Source: Amoebidium appalachense
Lineage: Eukaryota; Protista; Ichthyosporea
Direction: 5' to 3'
Assembly (NCBI GenBank): GCA_963693365.1
Contig: CAVNZM010000010.1
Location: forward strand, 1,426,001 to 1,490,000
Length of the DNA stretch: 64,000 bases
The notes under the pieces were generated by a model that did not search any database, was not told where the DNA came from, and worked only from the letters and a program-made list of their open reading frames with translations. The translations under genes and the position numbers were made by a program. This document shows, piece after piece, positions 51,469-63,916 of this stretch. How positions within the stretch are numbered: position 1 is the first letter of the stretch; each line of letters starts with the position of its first letter.

Positions 51469-51748
51469 GGTTGGTGAAGGGGGGGAGCGGGGGAGGGGGA
51501 GGGGGGAAAGAGGAAAGGGAGGGAGGAGTTAGGGGGGGAGGGAGGGGAGGGGGGAGGGAGTTTCGGGAGGGTGGAAGTGGGAGAGACTGAGAGAGGTCAG
51601 GGAGATACATCAGAGAGCGTGATAGAGGAGAAGAGAGAAAGGGCAGACGCAAGGCGGAAGCTGGAGCGTATACGTAAGTTTTGTGGTACTGCATAAGTTG
51701 ACCGTTCAGTGGGAGATATTCCGGTAGAATACTCTTGCAGGGTTGAAG

Positions 51749-51836
<88 letters not shown>

Positions 51837-51873
51837 AAAAAAAAAAAAAAAAAACACCTACGCTCTCAAAGTA

Positions 51874-52240
51874 TTATGAGCTCTGCTATCCCGTTGAACA
51901 CCGTTACGGTTACCGTTGCAAATGCACGGTCATCACAGACATCACTTCGCCGTTTTGGTGATCATCATTCCGGGATGGCAACGGGCGAGCCCCTGAGCCG
52001 GGGCGGCCGAGGCTCAGTCGCACGGACAAAAAACAAGCATACGTGTCCACGTCCCAACTAGCCTACCTTCATGTGCATATAATTGGTCGGAAACAATGCC
52101 TCCTATATATATATATATCCTATATATATGCTAGTATAATATAGGAACTTGGTTGGGAATAAACAGGAATAAACATGCAACATTCAACATTGTGTCACAT
52201 TCTTTCAATCTGATTAGTTAATTCTCCCGCCAAAAATTAA
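51874..52240. repeat. Dispersed ~365-bp repeat, copy 1 (probable non-autonomous element fragment)
   Basis: Nearly identical to 63511-63874. Contains the hairpin ctgagcc...ggctcag, the palindrome tcctatat...atatagga and ttctcccgccaaaa motifs. Confidence 0.85.
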
Positions 52241-54174
52241 TACCGCTTTACGATTGGTAATGATTCTCCCGCCAAAAATTGTTAGCGCTTTACGCGGAGT
52301 GTTTTTCCCTTTTTTGGTCTTCGGCGGCCACCAGTTTTTTTTACTTTTTCTCTCTTTCTTCTACTGACCAAGTTCCCGTCTTTTTCCTTTTCTTTAAGGC
52401 TTAAAACCCTTCTACATAACTTGGTAGTTGGCGTTTATTCGCCGCATACACGTACAGGGCTTTTCAGGACCTTCAAAAGGGCTTTAAGGATCCGAGTTTC
52501 GACCCCACCCTCTTTCTCACCACAAACACAGCTCTTTCTGTAACAATCTTCAGTTACTTTCCTAGTGTTTCGCGGCTGCGTAAGAAACCTTGACACGATG
52601 GCCGCAAATAGTATTGATGACCTACAAGGCGGTATAGACAAGGCTTTATATGTTGACCATTATGCATCCAACTTTGTGTGCGCCGTGTGCCAAGAGGTAG
52701 CCCAAGACCCATTAACACCCGCCTGCAACACACATGGCTAGGGATGTGTGTGTGTGTGTGTGTGTGTGTGAAAGGGGGGGGGGGGTCGGAGTATCCGACA
52801 AAAATTCCAATAAGTAAACCATCAGCTGCAGAGATGCGGCTTCCACCTCCTATGTAGCATACGTGCCCGGACCTTACCCTTTTCCGAATTTGCACATTGC
52901 CTGATGTGGTTAATCCGATTGGATCGGATTCGATTAAACCAATAATAGAGACTCAAAGACAAAGTCGTATCCCAGTTGGCTCATAATACAGGTGCAAATC
53001 TAATTTCTAGGCCTTAACACCCTCTAGAATGACTCGGATTGGCTTTTTTCCCGCGAATTTTAGGTGCTGTTCAGATATATCTTGTAGAATATATCCGCTA
53101 TTAATCTGGTGCTGTGCGTTGGGTCAAGTGGGAGTTCAGCTAAATCCTTGCTATAGCCTAGAGATGGCATAAATGGTTGACTTCAATTAAAAACGTAGGC
53201 AAATTGAGGAAGGTAGTGACCAAAACAATAAAAATAAATATATATAAAATCGAAAAAATTCAACGCAATCATTGCGATTCATTCTATGGGGTACTGAAAC
53301 TGTTCAGCTTCCATATACATACAGTTTAACCTCCCAATGGAGGCAATTGGTGCAAAGTTCATGTGTACCCGACACGACACGCGCGCGCGCGCGCGCACAC
53401 ACACACACACACACACAAGCACTACCGAAACATACACTGGTGCCCTGCGGCATGCTGCCTAGTAAGTTTTGGGTCCAGATAACAGACACGTCTTATGTTG
53501 TACCTAGTTTGTCTGAGAAAATGTCATGGCAGAAGCATGGGAAACCACTAAAGGATACCCGGCTATCATATGTTGGCACTGTGGCGATATCCCTTTCCGA
53601 CTTACACACGCAGCACATACACATACTCGCACACAGGCAAGTACTTGAAACAAGCACACATGCATACACACGCACACATGTTGCACACACACACAATCTT
53701 GAACTTGTACACTCAGGCGTGTATACACAAGCACCCACCGATAGACCACTAGAGTGACCTATATTGAAGCATGCCTAGTGATTGAAATGCATGCTGTGAG
53801 GAGAGGGTAGTGGTGATGACGTGTGTGCGTGTGTGCCCGGGGGGGGGGGGGGGGGGGGGGGGGGAGGGGGGGGGGGAACTTCAAGGGGGGATGGATGCGG
53901 ACGCATTATTAAGGACTGGAGAAAAGCATACGGGGGAAACGGTGGTGGTGGCATGTGAGTGTAGGGGGTGGGGACGGGGGGGGGGAGGGAGCCTCGGAGG
54001 GATCCTGACGGAGGGGAAGGGGAGGGCACGGGGAGGAGGGATTCCTTTCCCCCCTCCCTTCCCCCCCCCCCCCTCCCCCCCTCCCCCCCGCTTCCCCTCC
54101 CCACCCGCCGCACACAAATGCCCACTAATCCCCCCGCCCCCTCCCCCGCTCCCCTCCCCCCGAACCCACTTCAC

Positions 54175-54247
<73 letters not shown>

Positions 54248-55155
54248 AGTATGAGCGCACGCAAACACCCTCTAATACCCCCTTCTTCCCCAGCCGTGGT
54301 GGTGGTGGGGGTCGGGGAGGAAGGAGGGGAAAGAGAGGGAGAAGGAGGAAGGGGAGAGTGAGAGAGAGAGAGGATGGGGCGAGGGATGGGTTGGGGGGGG
54401 GGGGGGGGGGGGGGGGAGAGAGGGGGGAATGTGATAATAGACTTTCTTAATACACACATAAATATGTATATATGGTAGATGAATGGATAGATAAATGGAT
54501 AGCCTAAGGTGGACGGATAGATATGGATGAATATATGTGACTGTCAGACGGTCAGATAGATAGATGGATAGAAAAATAGTAGACAGATAGATGCGGTAAT
54601 ATGTATTTGCTTTTGATTTGATTTATTATGCATGGCCCAGCCTGCTTTTCAAAGTTTATCTTATTATCATTATTATGATTATCGCCTTACAAATGTATTA
54701 TTTATTTATTTTGTAAATGGCTTGAAAGGCTCTACAGCAATGTGCGATGCATCCATAAAACAAGAATGATTGATTTACTTTGCGAGCATCTCAAAATCTA
54801 AAACTAAGCCTTCATGCATTATGTAATAAAAACTGTAAACCAATCATCCGTGCCCATTTTCGAGAAAGCAGCCTGTTTATCTGCGGATGCGAGGATAATG
54901 CGTGCATTCTAGCGAATATTCTTGGTGTGAGATATTTATGAGCTTGAGAAAGAATTGCGGACAGGGGCAAAAGGAGCACAAAAAAAAGGTGTAATGAACA
55001 CAAGAAATGAATATCTATTTAACACAGCTGCACTGAAGAGATAGTTTGTTGACCTCTTCTCAGTGGCTTACTTAATTATTGAACGACTCCTAGACTAACA
55101 GCCGCTCTGTACCATCCCTTCCCCCCCCCCCCCCTTCCCCCCCCCCCCCCCCCCC

Positions 55156-55193
<38 letters not shown>

Positions 55194-55279
55194 CCCGTTT
55201 CAATGGGCTTCTTCCTCCCGTGTATTATCAAAGTATATACCCAACTACCATACTATTCACCATGGCAATTAGAAAACAA

Positions 55280-55349
<70 letters not shown>

Positions 55350-55441
55350 ACCCCACCCCTCAAAACCACTTTTTTTGTTTTTTTTTCCTTTTTTATTTTT
55401 TTAAAAAACATGCGGAGACCTGGGGAGAGTAATACAAGAAA

Positions 55442-56854
55442 TCACCAAGACCGGAGATCCGACCCCAGCACTGTGTCTGTCTGCTTGAAGGGAGACAGGC
55501 GCACAGTCCATGTCTGCGACGTAGAGTCAGGGTCCCACGGGGTCGGCCCATTAATCCACTTCTTGCACACCTCCGTGATGATAATACCCGCAGCGTCCAA
55601 TGAAATACAGCGCTTAGTTTTAACATTAATCACGCGGTAGAAGTAGTCGTCGCCCCACATGGGTGTGGTCCAGTTTTGCGATTGGTCACTTTTCTTGCAC
55701 GTCGCCATGGAAACGGTTCCCGCGGGTTCTTCGATCAAACACGAGTTCGTGCCTGACTTTTGCAAAGTGAAGGGCAGAGACGCAAATTTGGCGTGTTCCC
55801 AATCGTCAGCGTCCCACTGCGAAACGAACTTCAGCGAATTTTTATTGGTGCACGCGACAGTTTGAAGCTTCTGATTGGCGGAGAATGATGGTGCGGCACA
55901 TTTGATTGGTTGGTCGATTTTGGTCACGTGGATAAGAGACACGTAGAGTTGCTGCAAGTGTGCACTGGGTAGATTATCACCGCCGGGCAGTGGAGAACAA
56001 ACATTGGTGGGAGAAACAGAAACAATATGTGTCATAGAATCAGCAAAAATGGGAATTTGCAGAACCGCGGAGCGTAAGTCACCTGAAAAATACCGGCACG
56101 TGTTGCGATTTTCGCTGTCCGTTGCCCTAAACCCATGTTTGGCGGCATCCTCCGCCCACGGCACCCGCTTCTCGTTAACGCACACACGGTAGCCGCTTGC
56201 CTTTTTTGGTGTTGCGTCCCATGTCACTTTAACGTCTACCCATGTAGATTTAACCCCGTCGCTTTTTATCGTTCCGGTTCCTGGGGGCGGCGGGACTCTC
56301 GAGATTTTAACGTTTTTTGTCACCCATTGGGAGAAATCGCCGGGGGCGGTTGCTTTAGCACAGTAGTTGGTGGTTCCTTCGACTTTCTTTAAAACGGACA
56401 GAGGCGCGAATGCGGACACCCCGCCACAGTCGTTTTCAGCACGCACACTTGCAGTCATAAAGTACGGCGCTTTGCACTGCGGCCATTCTTCCGGGTCGCA
56501 GTCTCCGTCAACCCGAATCGTATGACCCGGGTTGAACACAACTCTCTTTATTAAGTTCCCCTTGTTTTGCGCAAACGGCTGCTGGGCAACGACGTGGCAC
56601 ACGTCGTCAATACAGAGACGGTATGAGGTAGCACCCTTAACTGTGTCCCATGATGCAGCCAAGTCGTAGTAGTTGTTGTAGAGTGTCTGGGTCCCGTCCT
56701 TTAAAGGTACGGTGAGACCCTTTTCCACTCGTATGGTGGCACCGGTGGGCGAGCCAGGGGTTGCACAAGCAGGTGAAACATTCACTGCCGCAGCCTCTAT
56801 CAAAGTAAACGGGACACAGAGAAAGGAGAGGCAGAGAAAGGGCAATAAATTCAT
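55442..56854 (-). CDS. Secreted Cys-rich protein: signal peptide, two FN3-like beta-sandwich repeats, C-terminal ricin-B (QxW) lectin-like domain; intronless CDS
   Basis: Uninterrupted non-repetitive ORF 56917-55442. Likely start is ATG 56854 (MNLLPFLCLSFLCVPFTLIEAAA), with upstream in-frame ATGs to 56917. Repeated ASWDTVKGATSYRLCI / VTWDATPKKASGYRVCV. Lectin-like SCLIEEPAGTVSMATCKKSDQSQNW and VINVKTKRCIS...ITEVC...SQTW. Confidence 0.75.
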   Translation of the reverse strand: MNLLPFLCLSFLCVPFTLIEAAAVNVSPACATPGSPTGATIRVEKGLTVPLKDGTQTLYNNYYDLAASWDTVKGATSYRLCIDDVCHVVAQQPFAQNKGNLIKRVVFNPGHTIRVDGDCDPEEWPQCKAPYFMTASVRAENDCGGVSAFAPLSVLKKVEGTTNYCAKATAPGDFSQWVTKNVKISRVPPPPGTGTIKSDGVKSTWVDVKVTWDATPKKASGYRVCVNEKRVPWAEDAAKHGFRATDSENRNTCRYFSGDLRSAVLQIPIFADSMTHIVSVSPTNVCSPLPGGDNLPSAHLQQLYVSLIHVTKIDQPIKCAAPSFSANQKLQTVACTNKNSLKFVSQWDADDWEHAKFASLPFTLQKSGTNSCLIEEPAGTVSMATCKKSDQSQNWTTPMWGDDYFYRVINVKTKRCISLDAAGIIITEVCKKWINGPTPWDPDSTSQTWTVRLSPFKQTDTVLGSDLRSW

Positions 56855-58411
56855 GGCTTGGTAATATGAATGACGTCCGTTTGGGGGACTGGAACGGGCA
56901 CCGGGAGACATCATCATGCCGTTACGTAAACGTTTTCTCGACGAGGTCTGGTAAGTGTGAATTCTGCAGAGAAAAATGGCGTTTTCTACATTAACAAGTT
57001 TTAGCGGTTGTTACGTGTGTCCGTACAATACAGAGTCAAAAGCGAAAAAAGGCAAAGAAACAAGAAAAAACCGGCAATCATAAATGCGTTTTGTTGACTT
57101 GTGGTCTCTCCAAAAGAAGTGAGCCGGTGTTGCCGGTGCCTGCATTCTTATATAACCGCTTACCGGCAACACTGGTTTAGGTTGTTGCGAGTGATTGGCT
57201 ACCTAAATGTTTTTTGATGCATGCGGTTTTGAAAGAATGTTTTGATAAGCGCATTAGGTGTTTTGATTCGTGTAATATCATGCATATGGTATATCTGCGG
57301 TTTGTGGGGAACTCGGAGATTTTGCTGATTGGTCAGATTGTGTACTGGCGGGAACTGTTACGTCACTGGACTGGTGAAACCTCGCAAAATGTGTTCACTT
57401 TTGACTAGGAAAGCAAACGTGTATACAGGAAGAGCAGCCTATATTGACCTATAACGTTACTCTCATAACTATTAAGAGCGCATAAATTTGAACTTTCTGG
57501 TGTTGGCAGGAAAACGGTCATATAACGCTATCTCGCGTGCATTCCTGAGGTGAGCCACATGTGCACCACTACACACACACTGATGGGGCATTTTGACATG
57601 AATGAATATAGGCAATGATAATCAAATGATTAGTAAGTTAGTAATCACATAACCACTTAATTATTGCTGTATTCTGTATGTAATAAGCATATTTTTGTGT
57701 TTACTTATACTTGTCGGCATTGACACTTTCACATTTGGCCAGAAACGCGTCCAGGGCAGGCACCGTGCATGTACAGCTCTGTTTGGTCGACTACAATAAT
57801 CATATCATTCCCCCAAACCCCTATCCCCAATAAGCCCAATCTCCCTGACAGGAAACCTGTCACTGAAGGAGATTGGGAATCATTCATTTTATTCCCATAT
57901 TTAATGCATTTGCATGCTTCTAGATCTATTCATTCTATTTACGTGGCTCACCAATCACGTAACCGTCCAAAAATAGATTTGGCTCACATGTACACGTGAC
58001 GCGTGCAAGTGTCAAAAAAACAAGAGCACACAGAGAAAAAAAAACTGACACGAAAAAGCCGAAAGAGATGGAGCTGTGAAAACTTTGAAGGGGGGGAAAT
58101 GCCCCTGCTTATTGTGGCTTGCACTCATTCATAATTGCTTGTTTTCTGTGACATTTACGACGACTCTGGTACAGCTGTTACAAGTGTGCTTGTACCGTAG
58201 TGCATCTCATTTTATCTATCGCTGCCCCAGCTTCGTTGTCAAACTACACCTTCCCCGTTTCCCCCTGTGTGTGTGTCTTTTTGAACTCGCTTTCCAGGCG
58301 AACGTTCTTTTATTCTTTTATACTTTTGTAATGTGTTTAAATTTGTGTTTTTTGGAAAAGGGTTTGAAAAAAAAATTTCTTTATCCTTTTCTCCCTAACT
58401 AACCCGTCACC

Positions 58412-59896
58412 ATGGACACCACAAGACAAGTTACCACGTCTGAAGCAGGTACATCCACGCACATGCCTCCCACAAAACCAGAGCCAAGTGCATGCACACC
58501 AAGTACCTCCACGCAGGAAAAAGATCCAAACAACAAGCAGAAAAAACAACTCCTCTGTGTCGACATCCTGAACTACACACGCGAGCGTTTTTTCGACGCG
58601 GACGACCCTTTCAACCTTGAAAAGGCGCGTCGTTGTGTGTCCCGTTTTCTGTACGCGGCCGAGAATTCCGACTACAATGTGCTTGTTTTTTCAGACGCGG
58701 GGAGGGGAATAGACTCTCTGGACGTTTGGAGAAGACGGAGGGAGAATGACGTGAAAAATGGTCGCGGGAGACCACGCATGCCCGCTGTAGGGGAACTTCT
58801 CGCGGACATTTTTGCTGAACACGGTATTTTTGTTCATTTTTCATGCGAGGACAACGACCACACCATCGCTTCGTTCGCGGCTCATGTGGGTGGGGAGGGG
58901 GGAGGAAGAGGGGTAGTTTTAAGCCACGACACAGACTTTTTCCTGTATGACCCCTGTCCTTTTGAAGTTTATTGCGACTTTGAGTACACGGAGAAAAACT
59001 GGAGAACAGGCAAGGAAAAACTCAGATTGATTCGGCACGGCGACACCCCCAACCATACGAAACAAAACGGAAACGCAAAATGCACCAGCATGTTCACCCC
59101 CTCGCATGGGTTAGCACGCAGACACTCAAACCCAGACCCGCAAACATCTACATGGTCAGGCTCCGAGAAAGAAAAAACGAAAAACGTGAAAAGTCGCAAG
59201 CGTTCAACTTCATTTCCCAGTGTGCAGTCAAAATCGAAGGAAAAACGTCCACTTCCCCCCCACCCCCTCCCCACGTTCACCACAAAGGGACACGACGGGA
59301 AACACCCCACGCTGTATCAACTTAAGGAGGAAAAAATATACAGGCGAGGGGCTCCGCATTCCAATGTTAAAGAAAGGGGGAATCCCCATGTTTTGTTCCG
59401 CCCTCTGCGGCAGGCGCTGTACTTTGTTTTGGGGCTCGAAGAGGGAAAGGAGGAAAGTTTCCCGGAATGGGACGGAAAGTTGAAAGGCGTGGTTTGGAAT
59501 GAACAACTCGTTTTTCCGTGCGAGGAATACTTAAATCTGTTGGACAACCCAGGGGAGGCGGTGCGAAAATTTGGTCGGCTGAGGGAGGATGACGCTATCG
59601 AGCACAAAGCCGCGGTGTGGTTGGTGGCCTTGGACATCTGCAGAACTTCATGGCTTGGAAAGGCGGAAAAGACGGACAGAATTACCGGAAATCGTGAAAA
59701 ATCGAAAGCGGTACCGTCACTACTACACGTTTACGAGACCACGCCCGGGTCGCCGGGATTCCGGGTGAAGAGATTTGAGAAGGAGAAAGAGGAGGAGGCT
59801 GGGGGTGGGTGGGTGCACGTGCAAGGGGGGGGAAAGAAGGGTGGAAGGAGGGGGTCCAATGGGTCTGTGGGGATGAGTGCAAGCGGTGGCCAATAA
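58412..59896 (+). CDS. PIN-fold (XPG/asteroid-like) nuclease-domain protein, intronless, 494 aa
   Basis: Long non-repetitive ORF with ccATGG start. PIN-like acidic motifs in order: LLCVDILNY, VLVFSDAG, CEDNDHTIASFA, VVLSHDTDFFLY. Confidence 0.72.
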   Translation: MDTTRQVTTSEAGTSTHMPPTKPEPSACTPSTSTQEKDPNNKQKKQLLCVDILNYTRERFFDADDPFNLEKARRCVSRFLYAAENSDYNVLVFSDAGRGIDSLDVWRRRRENDVKNGRGRPRMPAVGELLADIFAEHGIFVHFSCEDNDHTIASFAAHVGGEGGGRGVVLSHDTDFFLYDPCPFEVYCDFEYTEKNWRTGKEKLRLIRHGDTPNHTKQNGNAKCTSMFTPSHGLARRHSNPDPQTSTWSGSEKEKTKNVKSRKRSTSFPSVQSKSKEKRPLPPHPLPTFTTKGHDGKHPTLYQLKEEKIYRRGAPHSNVKERGNPHVLFRPLRQALYFVLGLEEGKEESFPEWDGKLKGVVWNEQLVFPCEEYLNLLDNPGEAVRKFGRLREDDAIEHKAAVWLVALDICRTSWLGKAEKTDRITGNREKSKAVPSLLHVYETTPGSPGFRVKRFEKEKEEEAGGGWVHVQGGGKKGGRRGSNGSVGMSASGGQ

Positions 59897-60580
59897 GATT
59901 ATGGGTGAAATCTGGAATTTTGAAATTTGTGCGAACAATATGAATGTTACTCGAGTGTTTCTTTTTTTTTCTTCGTTTTTTCCCCCTGGGGTCATCGTTA
60001 TACTTCTCTGCCAACTTAGCAAGCCTGATCCGGTTTAGGTTTTTTGTTTTTTATCACGAATATGTTTGTCCTCTTTGCTCCCTTTTCGAGAGCAATTGGT
60101 GAAGTTGGAGGTAACTTACATGATTAGTAGTGCCAGATGTAGGAAGGGGAGAAATGAACGAGTATATTCTATGAATTTTATTTTTATTTCCTTTTCAAGT
60201 TTCAAGTTAAGTTTTAGTATTACTAAGTTACTGCCATACATTGATCGAGGGGAGACATGTAGGGACACTGACGTTTTTAGTTTTATTTTTAGCTCCTTTT
60301 TATTTTAACTCTTCTTTACGGATTTCAAGTGATTTATTTGAATGAATACTATAATTATTATTCAATTTATTATCATGTGTCAAGTTGCTCAAGTTGTATC
60401 ATTCTTTGCTAGTGGTACTGTTTGTTATTATTTTTATCACTGACACCATCACAAGTTCTTCCGTGGGTGGGTGGGTGGGTAGTTGTGGTGGTGGTGTCAC
60501 CATGGTGGTGGTGATATGTGGGTGGGTGGGTGGCCATGGGTAGGTGGGTAGGTGGGGTGGGGAATGGGGGGGGGGGAGAG

Positions 60581-60615
<35 letters not shown>

Positions 60616-60757
60616 GAAGGGGGGGGGGGCAGTCACGGTTATATGGTACAGTGTTTAATTTCAAGCGTAGCTCGAGCTGGTTCGGGGTTAAGTACGTGTG
60701 TGTCTGTGAGGGTGGTGGTGGTGGTTGTTTTTTTTGGGGGGAAACATACGTAGGGAT

Positions 60758-60788
<31 letters not shown>

Positions 60789-60797
60789 ACTGGTGGT

Positions 60798-60916
<119 letters not shown>

Positions 60917-61056
60917 CTTGTTGATCCATAATAAATAGAACGAGTACAAAATATACGGATTGTTTTGCCATTGCACTTTCGTGACGGTATCAATGTTATT
61001 GGCTTTATTCTATACTTACATCGATCCCCCATCGTTATCCCGTCCATTTCCTTAAG

Positions 61057-61122
<66 letters not shown>

Positions 61123-61542
61123 TATACGCACACGCTCTGGCACACACATGTACATTCGCACCCGGTGACAATGTAAAGAAACTGAGATGGAAAAAAGAAG
61201 GCAAAAAGGGACACGTTATAAGTACAACTGTGATCAATGTCCGACTTGAACAAGTTCGAATTTTACACGTGTACGCGTAAACCAGCTAGTGTAAACCATT
61301 GAACACATGGGCGGCAACCAATTGTTCCTCGAAATATATTGCCCAAATAAGGTGTAAATGTTGCACAGTACCATTGCCTTGAGCGGTGTGGGGCCTGCCA
61401 TCGATTCAGCTCTTATCCATCCGAGTTATACTATTCTCTTTTTGTGTTTTTTTACCGGAGTTTATACAATTCCTACTAATAAAAGTCTTCTTTTGGCACC
61501 GCCGTCTTTACGTGGGTATCCGGATCCAGGCCCCACGGGGAG

Positions 61543-61586
<44 letters not shown>

Positions 61587-61762
61587 CGGATGGGAGGGAG
61601 GGAGGGAGGGAGGGATAGATGTACGGGGGGGAGCCTCAGGGAGGGAGGGAGGGGAAGGGAGGACGGAGGAGGGAGGAGAGAGCACTAAGAGGGTTTCGAG
61701 TATTTCCTAGGCCTCTTTCTCTCGAGATCCCTCTGTCTTCCCCCCCCCCCCTTTTTTTTTTT

Positions 61763-61804
<42 letters not shown>

Positions 61805-61854
61805 GGGGTGAAGGAGTTGCAGGAAATACTCAAAACTTAACTGGGTTGTAACAA

Positions 61855-61922
<68 letters not shown>

Positions 61923-62076
61923 TCCTCCTTAGCAACTTCCGGCGACCCACATTAACGTCAGTCAGAGCCTTGCAAGTTTTCACCCACCACCAACTTCCCA
62001 CAAATGCGCCGTCGTTCCCAGGAGTTCTGAAAAAAGTTTGACTATAACTGTTATAGGCAGCTTTATTGTGGCGATT

Positions 62077-62138
<62 letters not shown>

Positions 62139-62227
62139 GTGTGTGTGTCTGGTGTGTGTGTGTGTATGTACATGGGTGCGTGTATGTGTATGTACTGTAC
62201 ACTTGTGTGTGTGTGTGTGCACGCATA

Positions 62228-62271
<44 letters not shown>

Positions 62272-62350
62272 TTTCTCTCCCTTCCTCCCCTGCCTGTCTC
62301 TTCTTTGGATGCACACACCATATCCACTCGGCAACTCAGCATTCCATGTA

Positions 62351-63050
62351 CAGGGTCTTCGCGATATTATCACTACCTGAAACAGTCATCTCGGAGGGTG
62401 ATTATATCGGGATGTGAAGTTATCGGGTTGTTCTAGGGGGACAGTATTCAATAGAGGGTTAGGGGGATCTGTTTGCGCAAACCGTGCACATGGGTTGCGT
62501 ACGGCCCGCCCGGGCACTTGCCTACGCGCACACTTCGCTCCTGGCAGAGCAACAGAACAAGGGATGGAGGAGGACCGTGACAGTTTAGTTGAGGGTGGGG
62601 TAGAGGGGGCTCTAGGGGTTTCACAGGGATATGCCCGTGGTTTATGCCCGTCTTGCGCCCTCTTACTAGCCTGCTGCAAACGCTTTTTCAGGGCCTTCTG
62701 CTCCTCCTGGGCCCGCTTCGCGGCCTTTACCGCACCCACTACCACCCTTTTTCCGAACTCTACTCTATTCCGGGCTCAACGACAAAAATGCCCTACGTGT
62801 CAAAGTGTGTGAGAAAAAGTTTGCTGACGGCTGCATGCCTGCACGTTTTCTGTTGTTGTTTTTTTTCGTCGGGCACGGGCCGCGCCAAAACCGCAAACCC
62901 GGGTTTTGATTGGCTAAATCCGGATCGACCCGACAAATCGGGTTGGGTCAAAACCCGGCCCGAATCGACCCGATCGGGCCGGGTCGCCAGAAAATGTGAC
63001 AATATCGAGACGTGATTATATAGGGGTGTGAAGATATCGCGAAGACCCTG
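62351..63050. mobile_element. Tc1/mariner-type non-autonomous element (700 bp) with TA target-site duplication
   Basis: TA|CAGGGTCTTCGCGATAT ... ATATCGCGAAGACCCTG|TA: 17-bp perfect TIR. Internal cgacccga/tcgggt palindromic motifs at ~62920-62990. Confidence 0.88.
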
Positions 63051-63369
63051 TAGTCATTTTAATTTTCCGGCCAACGCAATAAAGAACAAGAGCACTGGCA
63101 CAAACCACAACAACCTATTTTGGAAACTTTATATGGCAATAATAAAAACATTGCAGTTCAGCACATGCTCCCCCTTCCCTCCAAAAAACCTCGCCCCCAC
63201 CCTCCCACAACACTTTCTTTAATAAATAATAAAGGGGTTCCATATCTGTAATATTGTTTATGGCAACTCGACACATATGTGTACATTAAAGAATAAACGA
63301 CAGTGGGACTAGCAGACGAACACGAAGGGCTGCCCCCCCCCCCCAAAAAAAAAAAAAAAAAAAAAAAAC

Positions 63370-63880
63370 CAGCCTCAGCTGTCCCAGTCCTGGGAGCCAA
63401 TGGAATCCGACTTTTGCAAATCCTGCTCCCCACCAACGCCAAAATCAGCAACGTGCCTACAGACATGATTAGTTTTTTTTTTTTTTTTTTTTGCGTGTGT
63501 GTGTGTGTAATATGAGCTCTGCTATCCCGTTGAACACCGTTACGGTTACCGTTGCAAATGCACGGTCATCACAGACATCACTTCGCCGTTTTGGTGATCA
63601 TCGTTCCGGGATGGCAATGGGCGAGCCCCTGAGCCGGGGCGGCCGAGGCTCAGTCACCCGGACAAAAAACAAACATACGTGTCCACGTCGCAACTAGCCT
63701 ACCTTCATGTGCATATAATTAGTCGGAAACAATGCCTCCTATATATATATATATCCTATATATATGCTAGTATAATATAGGAACTTGGTTGGGAATAAAC
63801 AGGAATAAACATGCAACATTCAACATTGTCACATTTTTTCGATCTGATTAGTTAATTCTCCCGCCAAAAATTAACGGCGC

Positions 63881-63916
<36 letters not shown>

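Noticed and set aside
57124-57175. 13/14-bp inverted repeat enclosing TTATATAA upstream of the lectin gene, as a promoter hairpin
   Set aside because: A minus-strand donor (ccg|gtaagc at ~57163) and acceptor (~56964) suggest it lies in a 5'-UTR intron; a single short hairpin is not enough evidence.
62315-62378. Apparent minus-strand exon VVIISRRPCTWNAELPSGYG continuing the kinase fragment
   Set aside because: Its first half is the left TIR of the 62351-63050 transposon, so the frame is a chance junction.
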